From Melioribacteraceae bacterium (GTDB lineage: Bacteria; Bacteroidota; Ignavibacteria; Ignavibacteriales; Melioribacteraceae), in the NCBI GenBank assembly GCA_028280855.1, contig JANQLA010000087.1, positions 1-63,959 on the forward strand: DNA of 63,959 bases, given 5' to 3'. Numbering within the stretch: the first letter of the stretch is position 1; each line of letters opens with the position of its first letter. Below the pieces are notes generated by a model. The model did not search any database, was not told the DNA's origin, and saw nothing but the letters and a program-made list of their open reading frames with translations. A program made the position numbers and the translations under genes. Shown in pieces: positions 37,329 to 46,257 of this stretch.

Positions 37329-39953
37329 ATGTTCAACCTCGAAAAAGAAATTAGTAAGTGGAAAAAATCACTTCGTAAAAATCCCTCACTCGAAGACGGG
37401 TACATTGAGGAATTGGAATCCCATTTGTGGGATGTTATTGATGAACACGTGGAGATGGGAATATCATTAGAGGGATCGTTTAACTATGCAGTTGAGCAGA
37501 TAGGCAAATCACATCAACTAGGTAATCAATTTTATAATGCCTACTCAAAAGGATTTAACAACAGACCTCCCTGGCAAACACCAAAGTGGATGCCTTCGCT
37601 TTTGTGGAATTATATAAAAACGGCCGTTAGAATAATTAGAACTCGCAAAACCTTTTCGTTTATTAACATTGCCGGTTTATCACTTGGCATGGTATGCTTC
37701 ATTTTAATCTCGCTATTAATATGGGATGAGGTAAGTTATGATAACTATCATGTAAATATTGATCGATTGTACCGTGTTAATACAATTACCCCGAGTCAAG
37801 ATAAAATAAACCCCAATTCTTCTTTACGATTGGGCAAAGAGCTTAAAAGTAAATACCCTGGAATAGAAGCGCATACAAATCTTGTAGCATGGGGAAGATC
37901 ACTAGTTAGATACGAAAGCAAGACATTCGACGAACAAGGTATTTACCTGGTTGATTCCGACTTCTTTAAAATGTTCTCTTTTAATTTTATCGAGGGTAAT
38001 CCTTACGAAGTACTAAAAGATAAGTACTCCATAGTAATTACAGAGGAAACAGCGAAAAAATATTTCGGGGAGGAAAACGCACTGGGCAAAAAAGTATACT
38101 CTGCAGCTTATGAAAGAGATTTCTTTGTGAGCGCAGTTATACAGAATTTACCTAAGAATTCCACGCTTAAATTTAATATAGCAGCCAATGTAGAATTAAT
38201 GCCGCAACAGCGGAAAGAAAGCTGGGAGTTTACGGGTTATACCTTTGTTATGATTGACTCAAATGTGTCGAATGAAGAAGCCAACAGTAAGCTATTCAAT
38301 TTTTACCGTGAGAACGTTGATCCTGATACAGAGTTATCATTGCAACTGCAGGAATTTTCAACACTTCATCTATACCAGCATGGAAAACCCGGATTGATCA
38401 AAGTGGTTTATCTTTCTGGATCGATTGCAGTTTTTATACTGATTATTGCTTTTATAAATTTTATGAATTTGTCTACTGCAAAAGCAGCTAAAAGGGCGAA
38501 AGAAGTAATAATTAAAAAAGTAAATGGCGCTAACAATTTTCAATTGATATTCCAATTTATCAGCGAATCGATATTTATGGCCTTTCTTTCCCTTATCCTG
38601 GCATTGATTATTGTATGGTTTGCGCTACCCTATTTTAACGCATTTACAATGAAAGATATTGATTTATTTGGTCCGATGTATAAGTCCTACCTGGCTGGGG
38701 CGATATTGTTGGCAATTATTTCCGGATTAATTTCAGGAAGCTACCCGGCTTTTGTACTTTCATCATTTAAACCTGCTAGTGTTATTAAGGGCAATTACAG
38801 CAAAGGTAAAGCGGGTTTTTTGTTTAGAAAGATTCTTATCACCGGACAATTTGCAATTTCAATTGGTTTGATTATTTGCACGGTTATAATAATTCAACAG
38901 TTAACTTATATCCAAACCAAAGAAATCGGGTTAGACCGTGCGCAAATTTTAATTGTCAATAACAATCCTGAACTAAATTCAAAGTTCGATTCTTATAAAA
39001 ACGAGCTATTAAAAAACAATAGCGTAAAAAGTGTTTCTGCTTCCGCGACACTGCCATTCGATGTAGGACAAAGCATTGGAATTAATTGGGAAAGAAGCAA
39101 CATAGACGAATTACAGGAGGTGAAATACACTGTTGTTGATTACGATTATTTTTCTACAATGGGTATACAAATATTAAAGGGCAGACCTTTCTCTAAAACA
39201 TCGGCATATGATTCTTCCGAGTCATGTTTGATAAATGAAACCTTACTTAGCATGATGTCATTCGACGATCCAATCGGTAAAAAGCTTTACTTTGGGCACC
39301 CGGCGTTTCCTGAAGAGAAGAGGCACTTAAAAATAATAGGTGTTGTTAAGGATTTTCATTCCCAATCGCTTCGTAACCGTATAAAGCCTTTTGTATTCAA
39401 TATGAAAAGAGACTGGAATAATTATGTATTCGTTAAGCTGCAACCGGGAGTTTTTAAGAATACTATTGAAGGAATTAAAAAAGTTACTAAAAGCTTTGCG
39501 GGAAGCTACACGTATACTTTTGACTTTCTTGATGGTGCGTATGATGATTTGTACGTTGCGGAAATAAAGATGGGGCAAATTGTGTATGTTCTGGCAGGAG
39601 TCGCCGTTCTTATATCTTGCCTTGGCTTATTTGGGATGGCATCTTTTACAGCCGAGCAAAAAATAAAAGAGATCGGAATTCGAAAGGTACTTGGCGCTAA
39701 TGTAACTGATATGTTTAAGCTGCTTTCCATGGAATTTATTAAATGGATTATTTATGCAAATTTACTGGCGTGGCCTTTGGCATACTATGTAATGAATAAA
39801 TGGCTGCAGGATTTCGCGTTCAAAATTGAAATCGAGTATTGGGTTTTTATTTTATCTGGAATATTAGCGCTTTCTATCGCAATTATTACAATCAGCTACA
39901 CACTTTTTAAGACTACTTATACAAATCCTGTTGAAGCATTAAAATATGAATAA
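37329..39953 (+). CDS. Headed duplicated FtsX/MacB-type permease, array unit 11
   Basis: Head MFNLEKEISKWKKSLRKNPSLEDGYIEELESHLWD. Motifs AKEVIIKKVNGA (degenerate) and IKEIGIRKVLGA. Confidence 0.88.
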   Translation: MFNLEKEISKWKKSLRKNPSLEDGYIEELESHLWDVIDEHVEMGISLEGSFNYAVEQIGKSHQLGNQFYNAYSKGFNNRPPWQTPKWMPSLLWNYIKTAVRIIRTRKTFSFINIAGLSLGMVCFILISLLIWDEVSYDNYHVNIDRLYRVNTITPSQDKINPNSSLRLGKELKSKYPGIEAHTNLVAWGRSLVRYESKTFDEQGIYLVDSDFFKMFSFNFIEGNPYEVLKDKYSIVITEETAKKYFGEENALGKKVYSAAYERDFFVSAVIQNLPKNSTLKFNIAANVELMPQQRKESWEFTGYTFVMIDSNVSNEEANSKLFNFYRENVDPDTELSLQLQEFSTLHLYQHGKPGLIKVVYLSGSIAVFILIIAFINFMNLSTAKAAKRAKEVIIKKVNGANNFQLIFQFISESIFMAFLSLILALIIVWFALPYFNAFTMKDIDLFGPMYKSYLAGAILLAIISGLISGSYPAFVLSSFKPASVIKGNYSKGKAGFLFRKILITGQFAISIGLIICTVIIIQQLTYIQTKEIGLDRAQILIVNNNPELNSKFDSYKNELLKNNSVKSVSASATLPFDVGQSIGINWERSNIDELQEVKYTVVDYDYFSTMGIQILKGRPFSKTSAYDSSESCLINETLLSMMSFDDPIGKKLYFGHPAFPEEKRHLKIIGVVKDFHSQSLRNRIKPFVFNMKRDWNNYVFVKLQPGVFKNTIEGIKKVTKSFAGSYTYTFDFLDGAYDDLYVAEIKMGQIVYVLAGVAVLISCLGLFGMASFTAEQKIKEIGIRKVLGANVTDMFKLLSMEFIKWIIYANLLAWPLAYYVMNKWLQDFAFKIEIEYWVFILSGILALSIAIITISYTLFKTTYTNPVEALKYE

Positions 39954-40005
39954 CTCTCTTGCGGAGCTCTTGCCTGCGGAGTGATACATTAAAATGGAGA
40001 GAGAA

Positions 40006-42653
40006 ATGTTTGACCTAGAGGAATCAATTAAGCTATGGAGAAAGTCCTTAAGAAGAAATCAAGCCCTTGAAGACAGTTATGTTGAAGAGCTAGAATCACA
40101 CTTACGCGAAAAAATTGATGATTTTGTAAATAAAGGGTTAAACGAAGAAACATCATTTTATATGGCAGAGAAAGAAATAGGAAAAACAGAAAGTATTGGG
40201 GAGGAATATTATAAAACAGATACCAAACATAGAATTCCTCACCAGCCATGGAAAGCAAATTTATGGACTCCAATGTTGCTTTATAATTACTTAAAGATTG
40301 TTCTGCGAAATATTAGACATTCAAAAAGCGGTACTTTTATAAATGTTTCAGGCCTGGCAGTCGGTTTCGCATCTTTTATTCTTATTTTTCTCTGGGTACA
40401 GGATGAGATAAGTTACGACCGATTTCATGAAAAAGCTGATAGGATTTACAGACTTTGTTCTCATATTATTATCGGAAATACGGATTTAAACCAAACTCAG
40501 ACTCCTGCCCTGCTCCCCACCGTACTAAAAAGCGACTACCCGGAAGTTGAACAAACTGTTAGGCTTGGCTTTCCTATTACTGCAACGGCCACCTATCAAA
40601 ACAAAGCATTTGTTGAAAACAATATTCTTCCTGCAGATTCAACATTTTTTGACGTGTTTTCATTCAAATTAATTAAAGGGAATACAAAAACAGCATTAGC
40701 CAAGCCGGGCTCAATTGTTATTACAGATGAAACAGCGCAAAAATACTTTGGAAATGAAGACCCAATTGGGAAAGTAATTATTCTTAACGGACAATTTGAG
40801 CTTTCGATAACCGGTGTAGTAGAGAATATTCCTCGAAATTCACATTTTCATTTCGATATACCTCTCTCCATGATAACTATCAACGATTTTATAAATAAAT
40901 CATGGAACAGCAACGATTTCAGAACGTACATTGTACTACGCGACGGGTTTTCTTCAGACGATTTGGAAGCAAAGTTTCCCGAGTTAATTGTTAAATATGT
41001 AGGTAAAGGAAAATCGGATTGGTTAAAAGAAGGAAATAGCTATGAATATTATTTACAGCCGTTAACCGAGATACATTTAAAGTCTGATATTAGTTCCGAG
41101 TTTGAACCCAACGGAAATGAAACGTATGTATATGTGTTTAGCATTATTGCTGCTTTTGTACTGCTTATAGCATGTATTAATTATATGAATCTAACAACAG
41201 CAAGGTCGACAGCTCGAACAAAAGAAATAGGTTTACGTAAGGTTGTCGGTTCTACAAGGAGTCAAATTATAATCCGGTTCTTGTATGAGGCAGTCATATT
41301 TAGCTTAATCGCACTCTCAATAGGTATACTAATAGTCGCTTTAACTCTACCAGTATTTAATAACTTTGTTAACAAAGAGCTGCACATAAATATATTTAGC
41401 AATCTTAACACCTTAATTTATCTTCTTTTTTTAGCCGTTATTATCGGATTAATTTCAGGAAGTTATCCGTCTTTTTATCTGTCTTTATTTAAACCGATAT
41501 CCGTTATTAGAGGAAATTTAAGAGAAGGTATAAAAAGCGCAAGATTTAGAAATTTCCTAGTGGTGTTTCAGTTTTCAATATCAATTGTGCTGTTTATCGG
41601 AACGGTCATTATTATTAAACAAGTAGAGTATTTTAATGATAAAAACCTAGGATTTGATAAAGACAATGTAATAGTAATAAAAAACGTTCAGGTTATGGGA
41701 GATCAAAAAAAAGCATTTAAAGAAGCACTTTTGAAATATGCGGGTATAAATTCTGTTTCGGGATCTTACTCCTTGCCTGGAGAGCACTTTGTAAATTACG
41801 GTTTTAAGCCTGAAGACTCGGAAACAGTATTGCTTAATTTCGGAATTTGTGACCCGGTATTTATTGAAACGCTAAGCCTCAAAATGGAACAAGGACGTTT
41901 TTTTCCCGTCAGTTCTCCACGGATTCCACAGCAATTATTATAAATGAAACTGCAGCAAAGCTATTAAATTGGGACAAACCTATTGGTAAAACTTTAAATT
42001 CTTTGGGCAGGACATTTCATGTAATCGGCGTGGTGAAAGATTTCCATTATGAATCACTTCACGAAAGAATAAAACCAATGGCTCTTCTCAATCTGAATTT
42101 AACTCTTAATTGGCCCGAAAAGAATATATCTGCAAGAATAAACAACAGTAATGCACGGGAGACAATAGCTTTTATTTCCGAAACCTGGGAATTATTTTCA
42201 CAAAACTACCCTCTTGAATATACATTCTTCGATAAAGACTACGAAGCCCTTTATAATAATGAAATACAAACAGGAAAAGTCTTTAAGATATTTTCATTTC
42301 TTGCAATATTTATAGCCTCTCTTGGATTGATAGGATTAACGTCATTTACTGTAGAAAAGAAAACTAAAGAGATTGGAGTTCGTAAAGTTCTTGGAGCAAG
42401 TACTTCGCAAATCTTACGATTGCTTACTAGTCAATTTGTCCGTTGGGTGATGATATCAAATGCAATCGCCTGGCCAATTGCCTATTTAGCTGCGAAAGAA
42501 TGGCTTGCCAATTTTCCATACCGGGTTGATATCAATTTTGGGATTTTGGTTTTAGCAGGCTTTACTGCTATAATTATCGCAGTTGGTACAATTTCTTTGC
42601 AGGCTTATCGTGCGGCGGTGGCTAACCCGGTGAGAGCTCTTAAGTATGAATAA
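40006..42653 (+). pseudogene. Headed duplicated FtsX/MacB-type permease, array unit 12, interrupted by a -1 frameshift in a T7 run
   Basis: ORFs 39994..41943 and 42003..42653 are the two parts of one unit. The head is MFDLEESIKLWRKSLRRNQALEDSYVEELESHLRE. At 41898..41904 the frame reads GRFFPVSSPRIPQQLL*. With one more T it would read GRFFSRQFSTDSTAIIINETAAKLLNWDKPIGK..., which matches the paralogs. Confidence 0.8.
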
Positions 42654-42910
42654 GCAATAGAATAAAAATCTGAATTAAAAATTTCTACTCAACTCAAATG
42701 CTTTTTTAAGATTAGCTTCTTTAATGCCTTCGATTACTTCGGAGTTGTCACCAAGTATTTCCATTAAGGCATTTTTAAAATATCACATTGATCTTTTGAC
42801 ATAACCTTTTTGTGGAATAGCTAAGAATAAAATACTTATCAAGCGGACAACTATTTTTCTTTCTTCGGAGTCTAACTTGTAATATCTTAAAGTTAAACCG
42901 GAGAAAGCGC

Positions 42911-45268
42911 GTGTTTAAAAACCACATTAAGATAGCCCTTCGAAATATTTTTAATCAAAAACTATTTTCTTTTATAAATGTATTCGGTCTTGCTGCCGGC
43001 ATAGCTTGCAGTATATTAATATTGCTTTGGGTACAGGACGAAATCGGTTACGATACGTTTCACGAAAACTCGGAGAATATATACCGCGTAGTTGAAAACC
43101 AGTTTTATGCCGGCGGAGAAATTTTTCCGGTTGCCGTAACTCCGGGGCCGCTTGCTCTGGCGTTAAAGGATGAGTACCCTGAAATTATACATGCGACCAG
43201 GTATGAAACCCGCGACAGAACACTGGGATACCAGGATAATGTATTTAGAGAACGGCTTGCTTATGCAGACCCCTCTTTCCTTGAAATCTTTTCTTTTCCT
43301 CTTGTTGTGGGTAATCCAGCGACAGCATTATCTGATCCGTACTCTATTTTACTGTCCGAAAAATCGGCGGAAAAATATTTCGGTAAAGAAAATCCCGTTG
43401 GTAAGACAATGTTGGTAAACAATAAATACAGGGTTGAAGTTAGGGGAGTTTTTAAGAATGTTCCTGAAAACTCGCATTTGCAATTTGATTTCTTACTTCC
43501 CTTTGTTTTTATGAAGGAAGAAGGGCGTAATATTGAAAGATGGAGCAGCAACTCATATTATACTTACGTACAGTTACAAAAAGGAATTGAGAAAGAAACC
43601 GTTGATGAAAAGATAAAAGACATAATAAAGAGAAATAATGAAGGGTCCGTAACTGAAGTGTTTCTCCAGCCGATGCTGGACATTCATTTATATTCCGGTT
43701 CAAGATTCGCTGCGGATATTGGTGGTCATGGCGATATCGAATATGTAAACATATTTTCTATTGTTGCCTTGTTTGTACTTTTAATCGCATGTATTAATTT
43801 TATGAACCTTTCGACGGCAAGATCTGCAAAAAGAGCAAAAGAAGTTGGTTTAAGAAGGGTTGTTGGTGCGGCCCGGTATCAAATTGTAAGGCAGTTTTTT
43901 ATCGAATCAATTTTATTAACATTTATCGCGTTAGTGATCTCAATCGTGCTTGTAAGCTTTCTTTTACCCGCTTTTAATGATCTTTCGGGTAAAACAATAA
44001 ATTTAATGGAAATTGACGCCGGTATAGTCGCAGGCATCATTTTATTAGCATTGTTTACCGGTGTGTTATCGGGAAGTTATCCTGCATTTTATCTCTCCTC
44101 GTTTTTGCCTGCAAAGGTATTAAAAGAGAATTACGCTTCGGGTAAAGGAGGAGCTTTGTTTAGAAGGGCACTGGTTGTTACTCAATTCGCTCTTTCAATC
44201 ATTCTGATTATAGGTACAACCGTTGTTTACCGGCAATTGAATTTTATTCAGAATAAAAAGCTAGGCTTCCAAAGAGAGAATATACTATACCTGGAGTTTG
44301 GAGAAAAAATTTTTAATAACATTGAAACAGCTAAGAGCGAATTGCTGAAAAATCATGATATTTTATCTGTAACGGCCTCTACAGGTTTACCTACATATTA
44401 CGGTAATTCAACTTCAAGCTTTGGTTGGGAAGGAAAAAATCCCAATGAATCAATACTTATGCATTTTGTTGGAGTTGATGAGGATTATACCAAAACATTT
44501 AACATGGAAATGGCCGAAGGAAGATTTTATTCAAAAGAGTTTTCTGCGGATACAAATTCAATAGTCGTGAACGAAGCCGCTATAAAGGTAATGGGAATGG
44601 AGGATCCTATAGGTAAACGATTATCCATGTGGGGAAAAGAGTTCACAATCATTGGTGTTTTAAAGGATTTTCATTTTAAGAAACTTGATACCAAGATTGA
44701 GCCCTTGGTTTTTAGAATGTTCACGGATTGGAGTGATTTATTGCTTGTGCGAATAGCTCCGGACAACATACCCAATACTTTAAATTATATAAAAACGAAA
44801 CTGGCTGAAATAGCTCCGAAAGAGCCGTTTGAATACTTTTTCCTTGATGAAGAGTTTGATTATTTGTACAAGTCTGAGCAAAGAATGGGAAAACTGTTTT
44901 CTTCATTTTCAATACTGGCTTTGCTAATTTCTTGTCTAGGTTTATTTGGGCTGGCTTCTTATATGGCTGAAAGAAGAACAAAGGAAATAGGTATTAGAAA
45001 AGTTCTTGGGGGTTCGCTTACAAACTTGACGTACCTATTAACTTCTGAATTTACAAAATTGGTAATATTTTCAAACATAATTTCGTGGCCTATTGCTTAT
45101 TACTTAATGAATAATTGGCTGCAAAACTTTGCATATAGAATAAATATAGAGCTTTGGTTTTTCATCGGTTCGGGATTGTTTGCTTTACTTATTGCGCTTT
45201 TAACGGTGTTTTTCCAAACCATCAAAGCTGCAATGGTAAACCCTGTGGAGTCTCTAAAGCATGAGTAG
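42911..45268 (+). CDS. Headless duplicated FtsX/MacB-type permease, array unit 13
   Basis: 785 aa with a GTG start, preceded by ggaga 6 nt upstream. It begins directly at MFKNHIKIALRNIFNQKLFSFINVFGL, the segment that follows the head in the other units. Motifs AKEVGLRRVVGA and TKEIGIRKVLGG. Confidence 0.85.
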   Translation: MFKNHIKIALRNIFNQKLFSFINVFGLAAGIACSILILLWVQDEIGYDTFHENSENIYRVVENQFYAGGEIFPVAVTPGPLALALKDEYPEIIHATRYETRDRTLGYQDNVFRERLAYADPSFLEIFSFPLVVGNPATALSDPYSILLSEKSAEKYFGKENPVGKTMLVNNKYRVEVRGVFKNVPENSHLQFDFLLPFVFMKEEGRNIERWSSNSYYTYVQLQKGIEKETVDEKIKDIIKRNNEGSVTEVFLQPMLDIHLYSGSRFAADIGGHGDIEYVNIFSIVALFVLLIACINFMNLSTARSAKRAKEVGLRRVVGAARYQIVRQFFIESILLTFIALVISIVLVSFLLPAFNDLSGKTINLMEIDAGIVAGIILLALFTGVLSGSYPAFYLSSFLPAKVLKENYASGKGGALFRRALVVTQFALSIILIIGTTVVYRQLNFIQNKKLGFQRENILYLEFGEKIFNNIETAKSELLKNHDILSVTASTGLPTYYGNSTSSFGWEGKNPNESILMHFVGVDEDYTKTFNMEMAEGRFYSKEFSADTNSIVVNEAAIKVMGMEDPIGKRLSMWGKEFTIIGVLKDFHFKKLDTKIEPLVFRMFTDWSDLLLVRIAPDNIPNTLNYIKTKLAEIAPKEPFEYFFLDEEFDYLYKSEQRMGKLFSSFSILALLISCLGLFGLASYMAERRTKEIGIRKVLGGSLTNLTYLLTSEFTKLVIFSNIISWPIAYYLMNNWLQNFAYRINIELWFFIGSGLFALLIALLTVFFQTIKAAMVNPVESLKHE

Positions 45269-45276
45269 TTGGTAAC

Positions 45277-45324
45277 ATGTTCAATCTCGAAAGAGAAATT
45301 ATTAAATGGGAAAGATCAAAATGA
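45277..45324 (+). pseudogene. Orphan head: first 15 codons of a further array unit, then a stop
   Basis: atgttcaatctcgaaagagaaattattaaatgggaaagatcaaaatga encodes MFNLEREIIKWERSK*. It lies 8 nt after the unit 13 stop, the standard junction spacing. It is near-identical at the nucleotide level to the start of unit 10. Confidence 0.7.
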
Positions 45325-45432
45325 GGATTCAGAATTTTTTAATATCACATTAATTCTATCAAGACTGATCTTTTTTTCTATTAGCTTCCTGTTTAAACCT
45401 TTTGTCTCTACCTTCGTCTAAAAATCAGATAC

Positions 45433-45461
45433 TTGACTAGTATTTAAAATAGCAGTATTAT
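45433..45461 (+). promoter_or_regulatory. Candidate sigma-70-type promoter TTGACT-N17-TATTAT upstream of the DUF2752/TM2 pair
   Basis: ttgact at 45433..45438, an exact 17-nt spacer, then tattat at 45456..45461. The first ATG of the downstream ORF is at 45476. Confidence 0.3.
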
Positions 45462-45475
45462 TTTTGCTTAATTAT

Positions 45476-45817
45476 ATGATGTTGTTGAAACCGCGATCAA
45501 AAAATATCACACGATTCCTTTCAAAAAATCTCGAAGCATTTATTTGGATTGCCGCTTTATTATACTTGGCATTTATTAATCCTTATTCTACCGGGCATTT
45601 GAACTTGTGCGCCTTTAATTTAGCCGGTATCGAAAGCTGTCCCGGTTGCGGGATAGGACGATCAATTTCATCTTTGTTTCACGGAGATATATTATACTCC
45701 TTTGAATCGCATCCGCTTGGAATATTTGCTTTGGTGATGATATGTTTTAGAATAGCATCGATTTTTTATAGAAACTATAGAATAAATAAAACTTTGCTGG
45801 AGGTATACAATGGCTAA
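45476..45817 (+). CDS. DUF2752-like small membrane protein
   Basis: LCAFNLAGIESCPGCGIGRSISSLFHGD (CPxCG motif) lies between hydrophobic segments. The start is uncertain (track 45464 is TTG; ATGs at 45476 and 45479). Confidence 0.6.
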   Translation: MMLLKPRSKNITRFLSKNLEAFIWIAALLYLAFINPYSTGHLNLCAFNLAGIESCPGCGIGRSISSLFHGDILYSFESHPLGIFALVMICFRIASIFYRNYRINKTLLEVYNG

Positions 45818-46160
45818 TGTATTGCAATTAATGCCGGAACTAATTGGAGAAGAACAAGCTTTTATTTCTGCGCTAATTAAAGATATGAGTGACGAAGAAG
45901 CACAGCAGTTTGCAAATGTTTACCGCGTTAGAAGAAAAGACCCGCAAACTATTTTATTATTAACCCTCGTTGGTTTCCTGGGTATTGCCGGAATACAAAG
46001 ATTTATTGTTGATCAGATTGGGCTTGGAATTCTGTACTTGCTAACCGGCGGCATTTGTTTAATTGGTACAATTATCGATTTAGTCAACTATAAAAACATC
46101 GCATTTGAATACAACCAAAAGCAAGCCCAGCAGATTGCTTCGATAGTTAGATCTTCGTAA
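45810..46160 (+). CDS. TM2 domain-containing membrane protein
   Basis: LLLTLVGFLGIAGIQRFIVDQIGLGILYLLTGGICLIGTIIDLV matches the TM2 pattern (GxxGxxRFYxGxxxxGxxxLxTxG...D). 8-nt overlap with the preceding gene. Confidence 0.7.
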   Translation: MANVLQLMPELIGEEQAFISALIKDMSDEEAQQFANVYRVRRKDPQTILLLTLVGFLGIAGIQRFIVDQIGLGILYLLTGGICLIGTIIDLVNYKNIAFEYNQKQAQQIASIVRSS

Positions 46161-46176
46161 ACCTTTGCACATGCTA

Positions 46177-46201
46177 AGCCCTCAGGCCTGGGGGCTTTTT
46201 T
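46177..46201 (+). terminator. Rho-independent terminator
   Basis: An 8-bp GC-rich stem, agccctca (46177..46184) pairing with tgggggct (46189..46196, one G-U pair), with a GGCC tetraloop. The T run 46196..46201 follows. Confidence 0.75.
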
Positions 46202-46257
46202 CATGTCATATCTTTTAATTATTTTTATTTTTACTAATTCAGTTATTCGGTTATTCA

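Noticed and set aside
11382-39730. About 30 minus-strand ORFs of 61-136 aa inside the permease genes (for example 11382..11606, 17648..18010, 24656..25057, 36714..37124).
   Set aside because: All are fully embedded antisense to long, well-supported plus-strand genes. Their translations are low-complexity with no family resemblance, and their positions recur in paralogs as frame shadows. They are typical spurious ORFs in AT-rich DNA.
42654-42910. A minus-strand short frame in the filler upstream of unit 13 (..YFKNALMEILGDNSEVIEGIKEANLKKAFELSRNF*), considered as a TA or regulator remnant.
   Set aside because: It is only ~30 codons from an internal Met, with no RBS and no family signature I can name. 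I also could not find head-like coding in any frame, so the region is left as unexplained filler.
10703-45324. The 2.65-kb periodic array considered as a CRISPR-like or satellite repeat, or as a shufflon/invertible cassette system.
   Set aside because: The units are full-length, diverged protein-coding genes. All are in the same orientation. I found no short spacer/repeat structure, no inverted cassette copies, and no recombinase, integrase or transposase gene in the window.
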